64,000 nucleotides of DNA from Rebecca billardiae RCC1528 (lineage: Eukaryota; Protista; Haptophyta), in contig OZ251232.1 of the NCBI GenBank assembly GCA_965240325.2, positions 558,001 to 622,000 on the forward strand. The letters are read 5' to 3'. How positions within the stretch are numbered: position 1 is the first letter of the stretch; the number at the start of each line of letters is the position of its first letter. Of this stretch, positions 12,484 to 23,271 are shown piece after piece. The position numbers were made by a program, and so were the translations under genes. The notes beneath the pieces are model-generated. The model saw only the letters and a list, made by a program, of their open reading frames with translations, did not search any database and had not been told where the DNA came from.

Positions 12484-13949
12484 ATGTGGGCCTCCCTCGC
12501 CGTCGCAGCAGCCCTTGCTTCCGTCGGGCCGCGCCCGTCCGGCGCGCGCGTGGGCGCGCTCTCGCCATCACACGCCGCCGTCTCGCGGGCACACGTCTCG
12601 CGCGCGTGCGTCTCGATGGAGACGCCCTCCAAAGAGAAGCAGGACGCGCTGTACGAGGAGTACATCCGCAAGCGGCTCGACGCGGGCGAGGACCTCGACT
12701 CGCAGTACGACGACCTCGGCGCCGACATCGACTTTGACGGCGGTGACTCGGGCTCGGGGGCGGTCGGCGACGGCAAGGTCACCCTCGATGACCAGCACAA
12801 CAGCCCGTTCATCGTGGGCGGCGGCGGCGCGCGCGACGCTGTCGAGTCGTTCAACGCGGCTGGCACGATGGTGGATGATCCGAAGAAGCCGGGGCAGAAG
12901 GTCGAGGCCGCGGTGAGTTCGCGCGACGTGAAGCAGAAGAACTACTGGGGCCGCCAGGTCGGCACGGGCTACGCCGACCAGCTCGCCGATCAGGGCAAGT
13001 GGGTTGACCGGCCAGTGCTGCGGCAGCAGCTCGAGAACTGGCAGAACCAGCAGGTGCGGCACACGCCCTCGGCGCGGCTCCCGCCATGTCCGCGCGCCCG
13101 GCCAGCCCGCCCGCCTCCACTCGCACCACACACTCTCTCACCCGCGCCCCTCCATCACCTCCACCCTCCGCGCGCGCCCCCCCGTCCACAGTCGCTCAAG
13201 ACGGCCACGGACTCGGCCGTCTCCGCGCAGACCACCTTCTTCGGCAACACGCAGGAGGACCAGTCGACGGCGTACCGGAAGCTGAAGGGCCGGCCGATCG
13301 ACTCGATGCGCTCTGAGCTCAGTGCGCGCCGCGCCAGCCGCGTGCCTCCCGCCGGCCGCCTCGAGCGGTGGCGCCCCTGCCGAGCGCGCGCGCGGAGCGC
13401 TTGCTGACCAGCGCGCGCGCCCACCCGCGCGCGCCTTTGCTCCCGCAGAGTACGAGGTTGACGTCTCGAACGAGAGGCTCGACGGCGCGGATTGGGGCGA
13501 GCTGACCGTGCCAGAGGGCGTGGAGTTCACCGAGGAGTTCGAGCTCTACGCCACGCCCAACTCGCCCGCCGTCCTCGAGATCAACGTGCGCGCACGGCGA
13601 TTCACGCGCCGCGCGCGCCGCCCCTGCGAAACCAGCCCGTGGCGCGCCCCCGAGCGCATGCTCACGCGCGTGCTGCGCACGGGCGCTTCGTCGGCCCGCG
13701 CACGTACAGGTGGAGAACGAGATCGCAGCCTTCTCGCCGTTTCAGTGCGGCTTCACCGCCGACTCGCCCAAGTCGATGAAGGTGACGCCGCACGGCGGCG
13801 TGATGGAGAAGCGCGCGACGGGCAACCCGACCGAGTGCACGGTCCGATTCTCGCCGACGGAGTACGGCATCCCGGTGATCGGCTACTTCGTCTTCGAGAC
13901 GGAGGACTTCAAGAACGTGTACAAGATTGTCGGCAAGACGGCCAAGTAA
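12484..13949 (+). CDS. Plastid-targeted protein with C-terminal PyShell (pyrenoid shell)-like beta domain
   Basis: Exons 12484..13053, 13192..13321, 13449..13585, 13710..13949, all GT-AG with consistent phases. Signal peptide plus Ser/Arg/Ala transit peptide. The C-terminal FSPFQCGF..VTPHGGVMEKR..VRFSPTEYG..GYFVFETEDFKNVYKIVG resembles the PyShell domain pattern as I recall it. Gene model is solid; family call is moderate. Confidence 0.65.
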
Positions 13950-14377
13950 GGCCGAGCCTTGTGCACAACCCACCCTCCCCCGGCACACCATCGCTCTCCC
14001 CCCTCGCCCACTCGTCATTGGCGCTGCGCGTCGCCTGTTGGGCCGCAGCGCGGCGCGCAGCCGCGATGATCACTCATCGCCGCGAGTCTGAGTCCCTGGA
14101 CCCAGGGTGGCATCAGCAGCCTGGGACAGGCCGCCTATTCGTCGGTGTCGCTCAGATGGCATTGGCTTTCCCGCAGTACGGCGCGGCTGGTGGCGCCGTG
14201 GCCCACTGGTAGCGTATTGTTGATGCTGTACCGTACTGTACGTATAGATTGTTGGGTGGCTAGGTTCTGCGGTTGACGAAAATGATGAATGAATCTATTC
14301 GCGTCGTCGACGTCCATTTTGCTCGGCTTTCCGGTGGTCACGACGAGGCCACGACTGCACGACATCAAAGCGTGACA

Positions 14378-15556
14378 ATGGCGCCCGTGCTATGGCCGGC
14401 GCTGGTGGCGTGCACGGCGCTCACATCGGCGCCACCGCCGCGCGCACGCGCGCGCACGCCGTACACGGCAGCGCTCATCGTGCCGACGGGCATCGGCGCG
14501 TCCATCGGTGGGTACGCGGGCGACGCCCTGCCTGTCGCGCGCGCGCTCGCCAGCGTGGTCGACGTGCTCGTGACACACCCGAATGTGATGAATGGCGCGA
14601 TGCTCTACTGGCCGCCGGAGAACGCGCTGTACGTCGAGGGGTACGCGCTGGACGAGTTTGCGCGCGGAGACCTCGGCCTGCAGCCCGTGGGCCACCACCG
14701 TATCGGCCTCGTCCTCGACGCCGCCATCGAGCCCGAGCTGCGGCTGCGCCACCTGCAGGCGGCCGACGCGGCGCGCGCGACGCTCGGGCTCGACGTGGGC
14801 GCGTGGGCGCTCACCGACGAGCCGCTTGGCGTGGGTCTGGAGATGCTGCCGTCGGGTGGCTCGTGGGGCACGCTCGGTGCCCCGGACTCGCTCGTGCGCG
14901 CCGCGCGCCGGCTGGTGGATGAGGCGGGCTGCACGGCGCTCGCGCTCGTCGCTCGGTTCCCGGACGACGAGGACGAGGGGATGCTCGAGGCGTACCGGCA
15001 GGGGGACGGCGTGGACGCGGTGGGCGGCGTGGAGGCGCTGATCTCACACCTCGTCACGCGCGAGCTCCGCGTGCCCTGCGCGCACGCGCCCGCGCTCGCG
15101 CCCCTCGACGCGGACGAGTCTGTGAGCGAGCGCGCGTGCGCGGAGGAGCTGGGGTACACGTTCCTGCCGTGCGTCCTCGCCAACCTGCACCGCGCGCCCG
15201 CGCTCGTGCCGCGCGCGGATGCGGGCGGCGGGGGCGGGCGGGCGGAGACGGTGTGGGCGGAGGACGTCGATGCCGTCGTGGTGCCAGCCAGCGCGTGCGG
15301 CGGCAGCGCAGTGCTCAGCCTCGCCGCGCGCGGCGACGTGCTGATCGTTGCGGTCGAGGAGAACGGCACGGTGATGCGCGCGACGCCCGATGCCCTCGAG
15401 CTTGAGCGGCGTGGCGCGGCGCGGGGCGGCGCGGACGTCGCGCTGGTGCGGGTGGGCTCGTACGCGGAGGCGATCGGCGTGATCGCTGCCCATCGCGCTG
15501 GCGTTGACGCGCGGGCGCTCACAAGCGCAGGCGTAGGCCGCATCCAACAGCTTTGA
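14378..15556 (+). CDS. DUF3326 family protein (cyanobacterial/plastid type)
   Basis: LIVPTGIGASIGGYAGDALPVAR, THPNVMNGAMLYW, LYVEGYALD, EALISHLV, AEELGYTFLPCVL; N-terminal signal-like peptide; intronless. Confidence 0.88.
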   Translation: MAPVLWPALVACTALTSAPPPRARARTPYTAALIVPTGIGASIGGYAGDALPVARALASVVDVLVTHPNVMNGAMLYWPPENALYVEGYALDEFARGDLGLQPVGHHRIGLVLDAAIEPELRLRHLQAADAARATLGLDVGAWALTDEPLGVGLEMLPSGGSWGTLGAPDSLVRAARRLVDEAGCTALALVARFPDDEDEGMLEAYRQGDGVDAVGGVEALISHLVTRELRVPCAHAPALAPLDADESVSERACAEELGYTFLPCVLANLHRAPALVPRADAGGGGGRAETVWAEDVDAVVVPASACGGSAVLSLAARGDVLIVAVEENGTVMRATPDALELERRGAARGGADVALVRVGSYAEAIGVIAAHRAGVDARALTSAGVGRIQQL

Positions 15557-15743
15557 TGCGCGGGCGCTTAGTAGTAGGCTAAGTAAGCCGCGGGCGCGGT
15601 GCGGCGCGCCGAATAATGGCGAACGAATCGGCTGCTAGGCTGATTGACTCTGAGCACATTGCTGATGACAGATTGACAGCGCGGCCACGTCGTCGTCTTC
15701 GGTCTCGGACTCAGTCTCAGACGATCGATAGATTATGGCGCTG

Positions 15744-15875
<132 letters not shown>

Positions 15876-15877
15876 TT

Positions 15878-15907
15878 AGAGAGATCTCGAGAGAGAGAGA
15901 GAGAGTG

Positions 15908-15938
<31 letters not shown>
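15878..15938. repeat. Interrupted (GA)n microsatellite
   Basis: GA runs directly after the TA tract. Confidence 0.9.
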
Positions 15939-15942
<4 letters not shown>

Positions 15943-16074
15943 GATGATGACGACGACTGATGCGCTGTACGCGCGACTACGATTCGATGATGAAGCCGCC
16001 TATAGTTGCGTAGCTCGCGGCGGAGTCGTCGACCGGCCGGCCGCGCCGAAGCCGCGCCGCTGCTGAGTGACTCG

Positions 16075-17562
16075 TCACTGATGCGATTTACGAGTCTCCT
16101 CATTAGAGATCGACGATGGCACGCACCACTGGATGCAATGTGGCTTGTGTACCTTCCACGCCCGCCGCAGGTGGTGCTGCGAGCAGAAGACAGCCACGTG
16201 ACACCGGTCACACCTCTTCAGCCCCTGACCTGCCTTTGCGCAGGCCATGCAGCACGCCGACGCCACATCGCGCTCCCCAGCAAACTTGGCGAGCACCCCG
16301 CTCGGGTCCAACGAGCCGTCTAGCTCGTGGGCACGGCGCAGCAGCCCCACTCCTTTCGCCACGTCACGCTCCACTCCCTTGCCCGCCAGGAACAGCTCCC
16401 CCAGGGCGTGGTGAGCCCAAGGGTGGCCTTCATCCACTGCCAACTGGTACAAGCTCGCTGCCTCGGTCAAATTCTGTGCCACGCCCTGCCCTGCTTCGTA
16501 GTGCGTACCCATGCTGAACTGCGCATCTGTGAAGCCTTGCTCGGCCGCCAGCTGACACAATCGCGCCGCCTCGCCATCGTCTCGTGGTACCGCCATGCCG
16601 TTTGCGTGCAACCGGGCCAGGCTGTACTGCGCAGGTGCGAAGCCCTGCTCGGCCGCCAGCCGGTACCACATCGCAGCCTCGTGCAAATCCTGCGGCACGC
16701 CATGGCCGTGTTCCAAGCACAGGCCGAGATCAGATTGCGCTTCGGAGAGATCCTGCTCGGCTGCCAGCCGATACCAGCTCGCTGCCTTGCCCCAATCCTG
16801 CGCCACGCCTTTGCCATATGCAAAGCACTTTCCGAGATCGCCCTGTGCCCCTGCGTGGCCCTGCTCGGCTGCCAGCTGGTACCAGCGCGCTGCCTCGTCC
16901 CAGTCCTGCCGAACGCCCGTGCCGTTTTCAAAGCACCTGCCCAGAGCGTGCTGTGTCACATCTTTCCCCTCCTTGACCGCCAGCCGGTACCAGCGCACTG
17001 CCTCGCGCCAATCCTGCGGCACGCCCGTGCCCTTTTCGAAGCAGCTGCCCAGATTGTGCTGTGCTGTTGCGAGGCCCTGCTCAGCTGCCAGCCGAAACAA
17101 GCGCGCTCCCTCGCCCGGATTGCGTGGCACGCCATGGCCATGGTAAATGCAGGAACCCAGGTTGGATTGCGCTGTTGAGAGGCCCTGCTCGGCAGCCAGC
17201 CGGTACAAGCGCGCTGCCTCGCTCCAATCCTGCGGCACGCCTGTTCCATATTCGAAGAGAGCGCCCAGATTGCACTGTGCCACTGCATGGCCTTGCTCGG
17301 CTGCCAGCCGGTACCAGTGCACCGCTTTCGTCATGTCATGGGCCAGGGGCTGGTCGCCGCTTCGATACATGCCGCCAACCTTGAGCTGAGCTTCGGCCAG
17401 CCCGCGCTCGGCCGCAATGCAGCACAGGCGAGCTGCCTCGCACTCGTTCCGTGTGACACCGATCCCGTCAGCGAATCGCTCGGCAAGACGGAGCGTGGCG
17501 CGCGCATCGCCTCGCGCAGATGCGCGCCGAAGGAGCTTCACTGCAGCGCTCTCATCCGCCAT
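16075..17562 (-). CDS. Sel1-like repeat protein with C-terminal MYND zinc finger
   Basis: About 11 36-aa repeats AQxxLGxxxxxGxGVPQDWxEAxRWYRLAAEQG, then CMAC..CDRC..FCSQHH..WKVHKPHC; intronless. Confidence 0.93.
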   Translation of the reverse strand: MADESAAVKLLRRASARGDARATLRLAERFADGIGVTRNECEAARLCCIAAERGLAEAQLKVGGMYRSGDQPLAHDMTKAVHWYRLAAEQGHAVAQCNLGALFEYGTGVPQDWSEAARLYRLAAEQGLSTAQSNLGSCIYHGHGVPRNPGEGARLFRLAAEQGLATAQHNLGSCFEKGTGVPQDWREAVRWYRLAVKEGKDVTQHALGRCFENGTGVRQDWDEAARWYQLAAEQGHAGAQGDLGKCFAYGKGVAQDWGKAASWYRLAAEQDLSEAQSDLGLCLEHGHGVPQDLHEAAMWYRLAAEQGFAPAQYSLARLHANGMAVPRDDGEAARLCQLAAEQGFTDAQFSMGTHYEAGQGVAQNLTEAASLYQLAVDEGHPWAHHALGELFLAGKGVERDVAKGVGLLRRAHELDGSLDPSGVLAKFAGERDVASACCMACAKAGQGLKRCDRCHVAVFCSQHHLRRAWKVHKPHCIQWCVPSSISNEETRKSHQ

Positions 17563-17802
17563 CCGAGCGCGCGGTCAAGTTGATCGTGCGCGGCGAAGAG
17601 GTCGAGGGGCGCAGCGCGCTGGCAGGGGGACACCGGGTGCTTCCAAGCTTTGAGATCTTCAATCATCTAGATCGCGAAGACCGTTGACCTTGCTCAGCCG
17701 CTCGCCAGCCGGACCGCGCCGGCGCCCGGATCGGTCGGTACAAGCTCGGGCGCGAGGAGCTGGGCGCCGCGCCGCCGCCGCGCTCCACCGTCGCGGGCCA
17801 GC

Positions 17803-18795
17803 ATGGAGGTACTCCGAGTAGGCTGGCGCCAAAGCGTGTGCGACGTCGTCGGCATCGTCGCCTTCGTCATATGGATGCCGCTCGCAATGGTGCTCGTCAT
17901 CGTTCGCTGGATCATTGGCATGCCCTTACTCCTTCACCAGGCGCTCGAGCTGGCGGTGCTCGTGCCTCGCGCCAAGCGCGTCTCCCCAGGCGACGGTTAT
18001 GCCCTCGTCACAGGCGCGGCCTCGGGCATTGGCCGCGCCATCGCCCTCGAGCTCGCGCGCCGCGGGTACGATCTCGTGCTCGCTGATCGAGACGTGGAGG
18101 GTCTACGAGCCGCTGAAGCCGAGACCGTTGCCAGCGCGCGTTTGCACGCACCTCGCGACGTCGCCGTCCGCTCTGTCCAATGCGATTTGGCCGACCCGAG
18201 CTCAGTGCGCGCTCTCACGGTCGCGCTCGCGGATGTGGATGTGTCCATCCTGGTCAACAATGCGGGCATCGGCGACAGTGGGCGCCTGCACGAGCGCCCG
18301 GAGGAGCTCGTCGCGTCCATGTGCCGCGTCAACGTGTGCGCCGCCACGGCTGTCGTCCAGCACTTCTCGGCGCGGATGGTCGAGCGTGGCCGAGGCCACG
18401 TGCTTAACACGGCGAGCGTGATGGGCTTCTGCGCGTCGCCTGGCGCTGCGGTGTACTGCGCGACCAAGGCATACCTGCTGAGCCTCTCCCAGGCACTCGA
18501 GCACGAGCTGCGTGGCCGCGGCGTCAGCGTGACCACTCTCTGCCCGGGCGGTGTGCGCACGCCGTTTGTGCGCGCGGCTGGCCTCGACCGCACGCTGCAG
18601 AAGCACCTGATGGCGCTGGTGTACGTGAGCGCCGACGACGTTGCCCGTACGGCCGTGCGGAGCATGCTTGCTGGCAAGGGTGTCGTCGTCACCGATCTGG
18701 TCAACAGGCTCGCGTTTGTGGAGGCAGTGGCCATGCTTGCGCCGGCGTCAGCTCGCACGTGGCTCATGAGCCTCATCTGGCGGCCATCAGCATAG
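17803..18795 (+). CDS. Membrane-anchored short-chain dehydrogenase/reductase
   Basis: N-terminal TM segment, TGAASGIG, LVNNAG, catalytic S..YCATK, LCPG. Confidence 0.92.
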   Translation: MEVLRVGWRQSVCDVVGIVAFVIWMPLAMVLVIVRWIIGMPLLLHQALELAVLVPRAKRVSPGDGYALVTGAASGIGRAIALELARRGYDLVLADRDVEGLRAAEAETVASARLHAPRDVAVRSVQCDLADPSSVRALTVALADVDVSILVNNAGIGDSGRLHERPEELVASMCRVNVCAATAVVQHFSARMVERGRGHVLNTASVMGFCASPGAAVYCATKAYLLSLSQALEHELRGRGVSVTTLCPGGVRTPFVRAAGLDRTLQKHLMALVYVSADDVARTAVRSMLAGKGVVVTDLVNRLAFVEAVAMLAPASARTWLMSLIWRPSA

Positions 18796-18877
18796 CGATG
18801 ACATTCATCCTAATGACCCCGCGATAGGACATCACTACACAGGCTGGCGGCGCGGTAGTTATTCAGATCGCAGTTAA

Positions 18878-18880
<3 letters not shown>

Positions 18881-18918
<38 letters not shown>
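18881..18918. repeat. (TA)19 microsatellite
   Basis: Perfect TA run. Confidence 0.97.
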
Positions 18919-18922
<4 letters not shown>

Positions 18923-19478
18923 GTACTTAGGCTACTTTACCTATACTCTCATGACTCATAGTCATACTCCGCTTCATTCATCGCCCAGAGCGCGCTAGGC
19001 GGCGCGCTCACTCTCCGAGCCCCTCTTCTCGGCAGCTGCGCGCCGCTTTGCCGGCGCGCGGCGACGCGTACTACGACCGCGGCTCATCCTCATCCAGGCG
19101 CCCACGCGGGCCGGCACGGGGGCGACAGCCGCGGCTGCCGCCTGCCGCAGCTGCTCCGGCCGAGTCGCCGCTATAGGTCGCCGGCCGGGGCGGCCGACAT
19201 CGATCGACTACGATGCCAGTCACCCTCATCCAATATAAGTGCACCGAAAGGCGCGCTCGGCCGCGGCGGCATCTGCCGTCGCCGCCGCGCGTGCCACAGG
19301 CCGACGTTCGTCAGACTCTCACTACTCAGACGTGAGTACTCAGTCGTCAGAGCCTGATAGTTATCATGTCACGCGACAGTATGTATGGCGGATACGGTCC
19401 GGTCGCGCGCTCGCCCTTCAAAGGCGCCCTGCAAGACGACGAAGAAATTCAATCCCGATATAGCGCACATGCAGAGTC

Positions 19479-21623
19479 CTAGAAGAGATGTGTCGTCGGC
19501 GTCGTCACCGCCAAGCTCGTCACTGGCACAGGCTCGTCGGCGTCGTGATGCGGCGAACCCTGCCGAGGCGGCACCGCCGTATGCTCAGTGTCGCAGCCAT
19601 CGTCCTCGTGCTCGTCCTCATCCTCGCCGCCGTCGATATCCTCCATCGCGTGGTCGGGGCAGTAGAAGACGAAGCGCGCGCCAGTGACATTGTCTGCGTC
19701 GAGCAGGCACAACCCGGGCCGCAGCCGCGCGCACGGCACGTGCATGCGCCGCCTGCACCCGCTGCCAAAGCCGCACGCAATGGTCGCGCCCTGTCGCTTC
19801 CAGCACACGGCACACGGCAGCTGCGCGGCGCTCGAGCGCAGGGCATCGCTGGTGCCCGTCACGCAGTTGTTGGTGTAGTCCAGGCTCGGCGCTCGGATCC
19901 CCGGCAGGTGGATCGCGCACATGAGGTGCGCGTACGCGTGCGCGTGCACGGCCGGGAGCGGCGAGGCGATGCCTCGCTCCGCATCGGCCACGCGCACGAG
20001 CGCGCCGCCCGGCTGCGGGCACAGCACGCACGCCTGGGTCGTGGCGCGGGCGTCGCGCGCGGCGTCGTCGAGGCGGGAGGGCGGCACGCCGGCCTCGCTC
20101 GCCAAGTCCGCGCACAGCGCGCACCACCAGTCCTCCTCCTCCGGCGGCATCGCCTGCATGCCGAAGCAGCGCCAGTGCGCGCCCACGTCGCAGCCCGAGC
20201 AGGCGAGGATCTCGTTCCCATCCGCCCAGTGCGGGTCCAGGCAGACGGAGCAGCCGGGCTCGTGCCTGCTCTCGTCGTAGCTCGACCGCCAGTGCCAGAG
20301 CGCGAGGCGCCGCGTGCTCTCGGGCGGGACCGGGCGCTGCGGAGGCAGCGCAGGCCCGTGAGCTACGATGGGCCAGCGGCCGCGCCCACGCCCGCCCGCG
20401 CCGGGCGACGGCAAGCGCACCGTGACGCGGCCACGGCCACGGCCTCGGCCTTGGCCGCGGCCCGACCCCCGGCCCGCGCCCGGCGTGCCCGGCGCGGCGC
20501 CGTCGAGGGGCGGGGGCGCCGGGTGCTCGAAGCGCCAGCGCGACTCGCGGAGCGCGTTCGAGAAGTGCACCCTCTGGGTGCCGGCCTCCTGCTTGGCGCG
20601 GAACTCTCCGAGAAAGTGCTTGGAGCCGTCGCCGCGCGCCGACCACGCCCACCAGCGCGCCGGCCCGGGGGTCCGGCTGCGCTCGATGCCGCCGGGGTGC
20701 CGCGGGCCCAACGTCGGCTTCGGCGGCGGGCGTACCTGCGGGCGGCCCGGCTCCTCCTCAGCGCCCGCGCCCGCTCTCCCCTCGCGCTCCAAGAAGGCGC
20801 GCGCTCGCGCGCGCTTCTGCGCTGTCAGGCCAGCACGCCTGGGCTGCGGTGGCGGGCGCGGACTTGGCGTGGCGGCAGGCGCGCCTGCGTCGTCGTCACT
20901 GTCCTCAGAGTCGAAGGTGTCCACGTCGCCATCGAGCACGATGGGCTCCTCCAGCTCCCTCGACAACGTGCGCACCGGCCGCGGCATCCGGCCGGCCTCT
21001 GCGTGGCACTCGCGCGGCAGCGCGGCAGCCGCCTCCTCCAGGTGGCGTGTCAGGCAGTCCCGGCACCAGTCCTGGCTCACGTGCTTGAACTGCGAGGTGC
21101 GCATCAGCGGCCTGCACCGGTCGCAGTGCACGGGCCGCGAGAGGCGGGTCCTGCCCATGAAGTGCTGCGTCTCCGAGACGATCATCGTGCTCGTGAACTC
21201 CGGCCTGCTCAGCAGGATCACAACTCGTCGGAACGCCGCACCGGCGGCCATCTCCTGGCCCGCTCCGGCGTCGACGTCCGCGCCGGCCAACACGCCGCCG
21301 TCGTCGTCAGCGGCGATGGCCGCCGCAGGCGCCGGGGCATCAGAGAGCATCTCAGCGCCCGGCGCGGCGGCTTGATGGCTCTCGGCGAGGCGCTGCTCCG
21401 TGGCCAGCGGCACGGAGACGGGCGCCGGCGCTGCGCATGTAGGCCCGGCGCGCACCGGCTGCTCCAAGCGTAGTGCGGCATTGCCCGCGTCCGCCGGGGA
21501 TGGGACCAGGGCGTCTGCGCGCGGATACGCCTCGTGACTGGCTGCGCCCGCGCGTGAGGCCGAGCCAGCGCGTGCAGCACCTTCCGTTGCGGCGCACGGA
21601 TCGACCGCAGTGCCGCCCCCCAT
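19479..21623 (-). CDS. PHD + extended PHD (PZP, BRPF/Jade/AF10-like) chromatin protein with possible AP2-like domain
   Basis: CSVC..NEILACSGCDVGAHWRCFG..WWCALC; CVLCPQPGGAL..AHLMCA..CAVC..GATIAC..C..MHVPCA..YCPDH. Confidence 0.85.
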   Translation of the reverse strand: MGGGTAVDPCAATEGAARAGSASRAGAASHEAYPRADALVPSPADAGNAALRLEQPVRAGPTCAAPAPVSVPLATEQRLAESHQAAAPGAEMLSDAPAPAAAIAADDDGGVLAGADVDAGAGQEMAAGAAFRRVVILLSRPEFTSTMIVSETQHFMGRTRLSRPVHCDRCRPLMRTSQFKHVSQDWCRDCLTRHLEEAAAALPRECHAEAGRMPRPVRTLSRELEEPIVLDGDVDTFDSEDSDDDAGAPAATPSPRPPPQPRRAGLTAQKRARARAFLEREGRAGAGAEEEPGRPQVRPPPKPTLGPRHPGGIERSRTPGPARWWAWSARGDGSKHFLGEFRAKQEAGTQRVHFSNALRESRWRFEHPAPPPLDGAAPGTPGAGRGSGRGQGRGRGRGRVTVRLPSPGAGGRGRGRWPIVAHGPALPPQRPVPPESTRRLALWHWRSSYDESRHEPGCSVCLDPHWADGNEILACSGCDVGAHWRCFGMQAMPPEEEDWWCALCADLASEAGVPPSRLDDAARDARATTQACVLCPQPGGALVRVADAERGIASPLPAVHAHAYAHLMCAIHLPGIRAPSLDYTNNCVTGTSDALRSSAAQLPCAVCWKRQGATIACGFGSGCRRRMHVPCARLRPGLCLLDADNVTGARFVFYCPDHAMEDIDGGEDEDEHEDDGCDTEHTAVPPRQGSPHHDADEPVPVTSLAVTTPTTHLF

Positions 21624-21762
21624 CGCGACTTTCCTGAACGCTGCGTCGTGGCTGCGCGCCCGTTCGTCTTGATTCTGTCTGACTAGGGCTCTTTGCCATT
21701 TTCCGTATTCAATGTACCCGCTTCAAATGGATGCGAGGTAATAGGGCGGTTCAATTTGGCGT

Positions 21763-23271
21763 ATGACCGATGCGGGGAACGCCCCTGAGGGCTTTCGACG
21801 TGCAGCGGCGAGGTGCGCAAGGGCGGGGGCCACTCGCGTGCTGCTCGCCTGCGTGTACCATGCGATGGTGCATGCTACAGATCCACCGCGCTGCTCGGGC
21901 ACGGCGTACGTGCACGTCGGGCCTCACAAGACGGCCACGACGAGCATTCAGGAGCAGCTGCTGACAGAGGAGAGGCTGCGGCCCTTCGTCAAGCTAGATG
22001 GGTTCGGCGTGCCGAGCGGGATGAAAGGGCTCCGCTACGCCGGCGTGGTCCCCAAGGCGCACGCCCAGCTCGCGTTCGCGCTGCAGGGGGAGAAGGCAGA
22101 AATCCGGTTTGAGCCGCACACCATTCTCTCGCACTTTGCTGCGCAGATCCACGCTGCTGCGCGTAATGGCAGCTGCGTGCTCATCTCGAGCGAGGAGTTT
22201 GACCGGCCGTACGTCGATCTGCGCGGTCTGAGAGCGGTGCTGCGCCCGCTTGCTCGTCTGCGCTTCGTCGTCGTGTACCGCCGCCTTCCTGCGTGGCTGG
22301 GCAGCTGGCACTATCAGCTGTACCATCTCGGGCAGGGCACGCTGGCCGGCTTCGCGAAGAAGTACCTTCCCCTCGTGGCGTGGCATCGCTCTGCGTACGC
22401 CAAGACCCTCGCCACCGAGGGCTGGGCGCCCGCTGTTGCCCAGCGATACGCCGCGCACTTTGGCGGGGGCGCGGTGCTGACCATCAACCTGCACGCACTG
22501 CGCGGCAACAGCTCGGACCAGCTGGAGGAGCTGGTATGTGTGCACCTGCCCACGCCGCGAACGTGCGCGGCGGCGAGGGAGCGCACGGAGATCGTCCACG
22601 CCAACCCATCCCAGGACCTCCGCCTCCTCGACGTGCTGATGTACGTGGTGCGCCAAGGCGACGTGCCGGAGCACATCAGCCGAAGGGCCGGCGTGATGTC
22701 CACACTTGAACATCTGCGCGGCATGGAGCTGCCGAGTTTGAGCACGCTGGGCGTGGCGTGCTTGGACGGCGAGGCACTTCGGACACTCAGGCAACTCGCC
22801 TTGCAAGGTGAGGCGGTGCTGCTGCCGGATTGGCACACGCCGGAGGCCTTTGCGAGCGCATTCGACGAGGCGACAAATCGCAGCGCACCAGCGGCGCTTC
22901 ACACCGTGTGCTCCGCCGATACGGCTGCGCTGGGTGGACACAGAGGCAGAGCCCTTGCAGCAGCGTCCGGGCGCCGCTCGGCGCGCGGGAAGGGCACTCG
23001 TCACGCGCATCGCGGACAGCCCGGTGAACAACGCAAATCCTCGCTTGAAGCGAAGCGGTCAGCTGCTGTGAAGGCGCGTGGCCACGGGCAAACGGCCCGC
23101 AACAAAACGCTTGGGCAGAAGACGAGCGACCAGTACGACGTGTGGCGTGCGGCGGTGCGGTCGGCTGCTGCGATGGCCGCGCGCAACAACAGCCCGGCCA
23201 AGCAGGCGACGCTCGCTAAGCAGGATCGCCGCATTCCAATGAGGATGCTGCTCGGCATGCTCGATGGGTGA
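21763..23271 (+). CDS. Sulfotransferase-fold-like protein
   Basis: YVHVGPHKTATTSIQ (PAPS-binding-loop-like), LISSEEF, VVVYRR..W..SWH; short N-terminal hydrophobic stretch. Confidence 0.6.
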   Translation: MTDAGNAPEGFRRAAARCARAGATRVLLACVYHAMVHATDPPRCSGTAYVHVGPHKTATTSIQEQLLTEERLRPFVKLDGFGVPSGMKGLRYAGVVPKAHAQLAFALQGEKAEIRFEPHTILSHFAAQIHAAARNGSCVLISSEEFDRPYVDLRGLRAVLRPLARLRFVVVYRRLPAWLGSWHYQLYHLGQGTLAGFAKKYLPLVAWHRSAYAKTLATEGWAPAVAQRYAAHFGGGAVLTINLHALRGNSSDQLEELVCVHLPTPRTCAAARERTEIVHANPSQDLRLLDVLMYVVRQGDVPEHISRRAGVMSTLEHLRGMELPSLSTLGVACLDGEALRTLRQLALQGEAVLLPDWHTPEAFASAFDEATNRSAPAALHTVCSADTAALGGHRGRALAAASGRRSARGKGTRHAHRGQPGEQRKSSLEAKRSAAVKARGHGQTARNKTLGQKTSDQYDVWRAAVRSAAAMAARNNSPAKQATLAKQDRRIPMRMLLGMLDG

